From Zygnema circumcarinatum SAG 698-1b (taxonomy: Eukaryota > Plantae > Zygnematophyceae): DNA of 6,285 bases. Positions 1 to 5,418 of this stretch are shown here, in pieces. The notes beneath the pieces were generated by a model. The model did no database searches, was not told the DNA's origin, and saw nothing but the letters and a program-made list of their open reading frames with translations. The stretch's first letter is position 1. Every line of letters starts with the position of its first letter. The position numbers and the translations under genes are program-made. The stretch lies in assembly GCA_037447605.1 (NCBI GenBank), contig JBBHKD010000047.1:1-6285 (forward strand), written 5' to 3'.

Positions 1-498
1 GGTTACGTATTGCTAACCCCGAGGACTGCTGCATCTCGCGCCTGCGGCTGGGGGGTTCGAGAGCACCGCTTCACACCGATCTCCGGGCACATCCGAAGGC
101 CCGGAACTCCATTGGAAGCGTGTCCACCGGGCAGACCCGTGAGCTCCATGTAAAATCCATCCTCGAGAGGGGTAACGAGGTAGCCAAAGTGGCGACACGA
201 GTCACCTCCTTCCCAAATGCGCGTGTCCTTTCCTTAGGATCGGCGCCCGGTATCTGTTGGCGTCTCATCCATGGGGAAAAGGCGGAACTTCACGCCGCTG
301 CCCCGCATCGGCGTGGAAAAGGCCGGGGATCTTCCGGTGGCGCAAGGCCCATCGATGGAGTTGAATTTGGGCCACTCAGCCCAGGGACAACCCATACGAT
401 CTCAGAGTTCTCCTCCATCACCTGCGTCCGGGGGCCGGTGGTGGAAGTGGCGGCTTCGAGCCGAGGTCCCCTCGGCCCGGCCAGTGGTAGCTTTCCTT
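1..498 (-). pseudogene. gag: Decayed gag N-terminal region of E1
   Basis: Aligns with the E2 gag start. ATGGAGGAGAACTCTGAG (401-418) matches 5500-5517 at 17/18 nt (MEENSE), and TWSSRVCPVDTLPM matches E2 TWSSAVSRHVDCIQI. The position of the E2 ATG appears to be AAG here, and the region is frameshifted. Confidence 0.6.
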
Positions 499-532
499 GA
501 CCAGCGAGGTTCCTTCCCAAAAGAAGAAACCT

Positions 533-544
533 TCTCGATGCAAA
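533..544 (-). promoter_or_regulatory. Degenerate primer-binding site of E1
   Basis: TTTGCATCGAGA lies immediately after the LTR end and resembles the tRNA-Met-type PBS TGGTATCAGAGC; the match is imperfect. Confidence 0.4.
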
Positions 545-1248
545 TGTCGCGGTGAAAATCCTCTAACTCCGCCCGACTGCTTGTGGAAGACTCTTTGCTA
601 CCGGCCTTTCGAGGAGTTATTGAGGCGAGAGCAGAAGCAGCGGGAGGCTTGAGTGGGGGAGCAGCCCTGAGGTGGGGGGTGCAACCGAATACGATGCGTT
701 GGTTGGGTGGCGATGGTCACCGCGCCCTGCAGCTTCCCCGCGTCGGACACTCTACCCGGCATGGAGGATTATGACGAGCATCGATAGCCCGAGGCGCCGC
801 GTGTCCCCTCGACCGAATGGGTGAAGTGTACAACGTCTCTGACGCTCACCGCATTCAGCGGCCGCGGCGCGCGGCAGCCCGGCGGCGCATCGCCCGGCTC
901 TGCGTCGGTGCGCGGTGGGATCCCTACTGGCAGCGGCGAGTCGGCTATCGACCGTCCGTACCAGCGGTGACCGTAATTATGCGGGCGGCGATTCTTCAAA
1001 ACGTAAGGAAGATGTGATGCGGGATTCCGTGATCCCTGCGACCACATCGGCGGCCTTGACTACATATATGTCTCCCGTTATATGCGCCGCGCTCGAACCC
1101 TTGCAACCTTAAAAGGTTAGATCGAGGACCCTTCTGGTCACAGGTGGTCCCACAGGCGCCTTGGCCCACTGTTGGCGAGAGGTGAGGTACTAGGGCCGGG
1201 CGGCGCCCTAAGTACACCTCCCGTGGGTGACTGTAGCGTTTCGCTACA
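545..1248 (-). repeat. 5' LTR of E1 (704 bp)
   Basis: Minus strand runs TGTAGCG...CGCGACA (terminal inverted repeat 6/7). The first 46 nt are identical to 4689-4734. Shared internal blocks with the E2 LTR include GGTTGCA(A)GGGTTCGA, the GATGTGG..CACATCTTCC hairpin, CGGTTGCAC and CTCCCCCACT. Length is close to the 679-bp E2 LTR. Confidence 0.8.
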
Positions 1249-1827
1249 CCATCCTCCTCTACCACTCTCCTCTTGACCTGCTCAAAGGTCATCTTAGTCG
1301 TGGAAAGCTGAGTTCGTAGAGCAGTGCAAGCAGGGTCAAATCTATCCGGCAAGCCTCCAAGGAATAGACTAATCTTGTGATCCAAGTGAAGGGGCTGCTT
1401 CATCCCATCAAACTTTTGCAATTAGATTATCAAACTTGTTGATCACATAATTTCAACTCCTCCCTGAATCAAAGCGGATTTTCCTAGCTCCGTGTAGAGA
1501 TAAACTACAGTGGCATTATCTACCACATCATAAATCTTCTCTAGAGTATCCCACATCTCCCGAGCTGTCTTTAACTCTGAAATCAGGTCTGTAGGTTCCT
1601 CACTAACGCCAGCACAAAGCAGGGTCCTAACCTTGCAATCCTTAACCCTCCACTTCTCAAACTCTAGAGGATTAATCTCAGAATCGGGGGCCACAATGGA
1701 ATACATTGACATACCCCAGCGGCCAGCATTTCTCGACCTTTGTGAGCATGCGAAACTTCCACCGCTTGTAGTTCTTCCCATCGAGGAGTTTAGATGGTAA
1801 ACTTCCGTCTTCCTGCGCCCGACTCAT
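1249..1827 (-). pseudogene. gag: Copia Gag (DUF4219-like N-terminus plus UBN2/Retrotran_gag_2-like region), three frameshifts, truncated by E1
   Basis: Reconstructed: MSRAQEDGSLPSKLLDGKNYKRWKFRMLTKVEKCWPLGYVN (fs ~1702) SIVAPDSEINPLEFEKWRVKDCKVRTLLCAGVSEEPTDLISELKTAREMWDTLEKIYD...QGGVE (fs ~1450) YVINKFDNLIAK (fs ~1413) FDGMKQPLHLDHKISLFLGGLPDRFDPACTALRTQLSTTKMTFEQVKRRVVEED. The motifs KLxGxNYxxWKFRM, TAREMWDTL and FLGGLPxxF are typical of copia Gag. Confidence 0.9.
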
Positions 1828-1834
1828 TACCCAC
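1821..1834 (-). promoter_or_regulatory. Copia primer-binding site, probably complementary to the tRNAi-Met anticodon arm; contains the Gag ATG
   Basis: GTGGGTAATGAGTC sits 1-4 nt after the LTR end. It matches GTGGGTTATGAGCC (complement of a tRNAi-Met arm ..GGCUCAUAACCCAC) at 12/14. Confidence 0.6.
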
Positions 1835-1838
1835 TTGT

Positions 1839-2889
1839 TGTTAGAGCGCCACTCCATGTGATGGTACGCCGCCTACTCCCCTCCGGCACTTGTAGAACTC
1901 GACATTTTCAATGAATTGCTCCATCACACAAAGCACACTAAATGCAAGAGAACAACTCAGCGGAAATATGAAAATGTAAGGAGAAAGCCACCCGCCTAAA
2001 AACTCCTTAAGATAAAGATGAAATACAACGGCAACACTAGAAGACAGAAAAAGCACAAGCACCTCTACTCAAAATTTACGTGAATAAACCCAACCACCCA
2101 CTACAAAATTTGAGAACTCTTCCCACTATCTCCTTGGCCTAAGCAAGATAGCCTCCCTCCCCGATGTGAGTCACGAGAAGGTTAACTACTGCCAAACAAT
2201 CTAAGCCCCTTAAATGCAATATGGCGCCATTAGTCACATTGACACGACACGGCCGCACATGCTACGCCTTGCAAGACCCTTATCCCGATCCTAATCTCGC
2301 GCCGTTGGATCCTCCTCAGCTTGCACGGATCCGACATCCAGCTCACCCGTCAGATCGCCTCAGCCCCTTATCTCCATCCGAGTCCTCCACCGTAGGATCT
2401 GACTCCTCATTACTTGGCGTCATGTGGGACCCCGTAAGCCTACGAGCGCCACCGACCTAGGCCGTACAGGCCTTCAATTTAACCCGACACGTGGCGCCTT
2501 CCGATTCGTCACTGTCCTTCACATGAGACATAGCTGACTCCGTACCTCGTCAGTTCTGCTCCGCGCACTGATTCGCGCCTCGTCACTTCTCGATTTGTCG
2601 CGTCGCGCCACGTCACATCTGACTCCGCCGCGCCGCGCCTCGCCACCGACCAATGTCCGTACATTTGAGGTCTTGGCCTTCCAAATCGTACCACTGATTT
2701 AATGCGCCGACATTCTGACGCCGCGCCTTGCCAAATCAGACTCTGCGTGCTATACGCACACCCCTTAAAGACTTGTACGGTCACTTAGACGATTCGCCGT
2801 ACAATGTAGACATAATGAGCACGCCCCTCCTTAGAACTTAGTACCAACAACTTAGTGTACAACAAGTCGCTAACTACTTTACACTAACA
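1839..2889 (-). repeat. 5' LTR of the copia element (~1051 bp; inner boundary may be 1836)
   Basis: Perfect 6-bp terminal inverted repeat (TGTTAG at 1839-1844, CTAACA at 2884-2889). GC-rich motif-bearing U3-like half at 2300-2800 and T-rich U5-like half at 1900-2100 on the minus strand. Possible degenerate TATA-like ATTTAAGGGG near 2206-2215. The second LTR is not in the window, so it cannot be confirmed by duplication. Confidence 0.8.
2486..2646 (-). promoter_or_regulatory. Cluster of bZIP-type motifs in copia U3 (G-box/ABRE-like and TGACG repeats)
   Basis: GACACGTGGC at 2486-2495 and GCCACGTCA at 2607-2615. CGTCA (TGACG on minus) occurs at 2507, 2548, 2581 and 2611. This is a motif match only. 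Confidence 0.4.
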
Positions 2890-2977
2890 GGAAGGACCCG
2901 GTCCTGGAGATGACGATGTTCGAAAAAATCGAAAAAATTTCGGAAACATAAGATGGTGATGAAAAAAGGTTCGTACT

Positions 2978-2999
2978 TGTGTGTGTGTGTGTGTGTGTG
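2978..2999. repeat. (TG)11 microsatellite running into the assembly gap
   Basis: Directly visible; true length unknown. Confidence 0.95.
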
Positions 3000-3009
3000 N
3001 NNNNNNNNN
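3000..3009. other. Scaffold gap (10 N)
   Basis: Run of N; probably a placeholder length. Confidence 0.99.
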
Positions 3010-4340
3010 ATCTGGGCGGTGCGTGAGCGGGGAGCAGGATCAGACTCAGCACCCAATGCGTTTGTCAGGGAAGGGGACTCCATGGGGTGCAGATGGATAG
3101 GCGGACGTTGCAGGATGGTATAAGCGGGTGAAGGAGGTGGAGGCGAGCGAAAGGGAGCCGGAGTTCTTGGTGGCGTGTAGTGGCGGGGAGCATGTCCATG
3201 AGAAGGTGATCTCTAGCGGTGAGCTCCCTGCTGGCTGCCTCTTCGCGGGCCTTCTCGCGAGAGTCTCGCACATGCATACGAGGCATCATGTGTCAGTGAT
3301 CTGGCCGAGGTGCAGGTCCCATGGTCACAAGCGCAGCGGCGGATTGTGGTCAGGCAGCGAGGCAAGGTAAACGCCGGAACCCACAACGCTGTCATCCGGC
3401 GAGCGGTCGGCCTGGCGACTTCTCTCTCTTGGTGTGCGGTGGAATAAGGACCCGATATCACGGACGAGAAACGTCACGGGATGTGAGATTCACACCCGCC
3501 CGGCTCAATGGGATCGCGCGGATCATGAGGTATATGGGGAAAGGGAAGAGGGCTTGAGTGGCTATGTGACTGAACCACAAGGGCTGCGGGACGTCTGAGC
3601 GATGATCTTGGGAGAAAGAAGGCTTGTTCGAGAAGATGTAGGCGTGCAGGGATCATACAGCTGGCGATTACGTGATGTGAGAACTGCTGGTGAAGTAGAT
3701 CTTATGCGTGGATCTGTTGCATTCATGTAATGTGTTCGTACATGGCGGTTGCCTCTCTCTCGATCCTTCTGAATTCGCTCTGCCCTTTCTAACAAGGCCT
3801 GGGCATCTGCTTGTGGGTTGTCGCGCAGCTCACGATCCAGGTGGAGATCCTTCTCGCTGATAGCCTTGCGGAACCACTGGTGAACTTCGGAAAAGTCAGG
3901 CAAGTTCTCGATCGTATTTGCCATGCGCACAAAACGCTTCGGTGAAGATTCAAAGCGGCAGCTCATCAGCACATGGCATTCATATGAAGTACGTCTATAC
4001 GGTAGGCCGGATCACAGAAATCGGCGTTATGCGAAGCTTGCCCGAATGTATGCAATAGAGTGCGGCGACATCGCTTTGTGCGGTTTAAGGACAGCTTCCG
4101 GTGCGCCTCTCCTTCGGCGCTCCGAGGCGGCGATCCGCTGGTCCTCGCCCAGTCTGCTTGTCTTGCCTTCTCCTCAGGTATCACCGGCCATGCTTCTGCA
4201 TCTTCCTGCTTGCCGGTGAAGCCTCTTGTGATGATGCCCGTGGTATCCCTCACCTCACTCTTTTCAGGAATCATGGATATTAGTTTTGTCATCATCTCTT
4301 CCATCTTGCTGGGAAACTCAGATCTGACACGTGTGCTTCT
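3010..4340 (-). pseudogene. gag: Degenerate Ty3/gypsy-type Gag (capsid region, possible knuckle remnant, R/S/P-rich tail)
   Basis: FTGKQEDAEAW (4188-4220) resembles the FxGxEDxxxW capsid start. After a frameshift come LGEDQRIAA..RGAPEAVL and RFVRMANTIENLPDFSEVHQWFRKAI..ELRDNPQADAQALLERAERIQKD (3763-3936), resembling the Retrotrans_gag C-terminal half. Stops and frameshifts are present; boundaries are approximate. Confidence 0.65.
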
Positions 4341-4688
4341 CTGCAGGTTGGTGCGAAAGCTGGAGGGTCCTTGCGATCGTCCTGCCCTTGCCCTGAAGCA
4401 CATTCGCTGGGGCGGATGGAAGCCAAGTTGGCAGAGCAGGAGGTGGTGTCTTGAGGAATCCCACAACAACACAGCCAGGGCTAGCGTCTTGGCTAGCGTG
4501 CTTGAAGGGACTCACAGTGCGATGGTTATCCGTGAGATCCGTGGGTTGTGTCCCTGGTGGGCCGCGTGGGGGACCTCAGGTTCGAACGGCACTCCTCTCT
4601 TCACGGCATCTACGGCCGTGACAGCGACTAGGCAGGCTGCAAGCTTGATCATCCTGCGTGCATATCGCCAGCGAAGTTTATGGCCATC
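3010..4688 (-). mobile_element. Internal fragment of an older Ty3/gypsy-like element, interrupted by E2 at 4688
   Basis: Gag-like motifs occur across three minus-strand frames. There is no LTR in this segment; it is bounded by the gap and the E2 LTR. Confidence 0.6.
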
Positions 4689-5367
4689 TGTAGCGAAACG
4701 CTACAGTCACCCACGGGAGGTGTACTTAGGGCGCGCTCCGTCCTAGTACTCTCACACCCGGCGGGCAGTGGCCAAGAGTAGAGGACCACACAGGACCCGG
4801 GAAGGGTCTGGGGATCGGGCCTTGCGAGGGTTGCAGGGTTCGATCTTGGCCTTGACTTATCTTAGAGGCGTATGCGTATCAGCGTCGTAGATGTGGTGGG
4901 GGATCATGGAATCCCGACCACATCTTCCTACGTTTTGGAGCGTAGCGAGTCGTCAAAATTACAATTACGGGTTCTGGCGTTGAATGCGAGGGCAATTTAT
5001 CGTCGGACCAGCGCGCTGTAGGATCGGCCGTGCACCAGCGTCTGTGGCGTCGTCGCGGCGCCTTGCCCAGCGAATCTGGCGAAACGACCGTCGTTAGCCA
5101 CCGACCCATTAGTCGAGAGAGGAGGGGCAGCGTGTGATTTGCCGTTGGGCGGCCACTTCCCGATCCTCCCATCTTTGGCCAGGAGTTCCAGCGGGGAAGT
5201 AAAGGGGCGAGGTGGCCAGCCGTCACCCAGCGAACTTATACCGGCATGCGGTTGCACGCCCCGTCACGGTACGCTCCCCCACTACGAGGCTCTCTCTCTC
5301 TCACGGACTCGTGAGTCTTTGGTGTGTAATTCAGCCTTGATTTGAAGAAGTGATGCTGGTCGTTACA
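4689..5367 (+). repeat. 5' LTR of E2 (679 bp)
   Basis: Terminal inverted repeat TGTAGCG/CGTTACA (6/7); homologous to 545-1248 on the opposite strand. Confidence 0.85.
5235..5302 (+). promoter_or_regulatory. Possible LTR core promoter of E2 (weak TATA-like CTTATA followed by a CT tract)
   Basis: CTTATA at 5235-5240 and (CT)6C at 5290-5302, a common plant LTR layout. The TATA-like motif is not clearly conserved in E1. Confidence 0.25.
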
Positions 5368-5382
5368 TTGAGTATGTCGAGC
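5368..5382 (+). promoter_or_regulatory. Degenerate primer-binding site of E2
   Basis: TTGAGTATGTCGAGC directly after the LTR; resembles TGGTATC(A)GAGC with small insertions. Confidence 0.4.
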
Positions 5383-5418
5383 GTTGCGGCCTTCTCTTTG
5401 ACAGAGAACCTGCGGGTC

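Larger units (their letters stand above)
1..1248 (-). mobile_element. Ty3/gypsy-like LTR retrotransposon E1 (5' LTR plus decayed gag N-terminus; truncated by window start), inserted into copia gag
   Basis: On the minus strand it starts TGTAGCG at 1248, exactly where copia Gag similarity stops (...RRVVEED|). It is homologous, in inverted orientation, to 4689-~5900. A TG...CA-bounded 704-bp unit is followed by a PBS-like motif and a gag-like leader. Confidence 0.8.
1249..2889 (-). mobile_element. Ty1/copia LTR retrotransposon, 5' part (LTR, PBS, gag), interrupted by E1
   Basis: A TGTTAG...CTAACA-bounded LTR is followed by a PBS-like motif and a clear copia-type Gag. Confidence 0.9.

Noticed and set aside
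996-1248. C-terminal part of ORF 996-1421 as a Gag fusion protein sharing VAKRYSHPREVYLGR with ORF 4060-4746
   Set aside because: The shared peptide is simply the translated identical LTR terminus; both flanks entering in the same frame is a 1-in-3 coincidence.
1841-2062. Hydrophobic 73-aa ORF as an env-like or membrane protein
   Set aside because: It starts at GTG and lies inside the LTR; its hydrophobicity follows from the T-rich U5-like strand.
2884-2905. CACTA-transposon terminus or Helitron-like hairpin (AGGAC-CCG-GTCCT)
   Set aside because: CACTAACA is better explained as the copia LTR end. The hairpin has only 5 bp, with no CTRR end or subterminal repeats.
4479-4504. Short tandem duplication GGCTAGCGT(G)CTTG x2
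   Set aside because: An ordinary slippage-type duplication in a decayed element, with no sign of function.
1249-4688. The inner 3.4 kb as one mobile unit with a CCATC target duplication, or 4683 downward as the continuation of copia Gag
   Set aside because: The inner ends have no terminal repeats. Joining the two flanks gives VEEDGHKLRWRYARR..., with no copia zinc knuckle and a different base composition.
4060-4746. Longest ORF (228 aa, +) as a real gene
   Set aside because: It is the antisense shadow of the minus-strand gypsy gag, has no recognisable motif, and its end (VAKRYSHPREVYLGR) is read-through into the E2 LTR.
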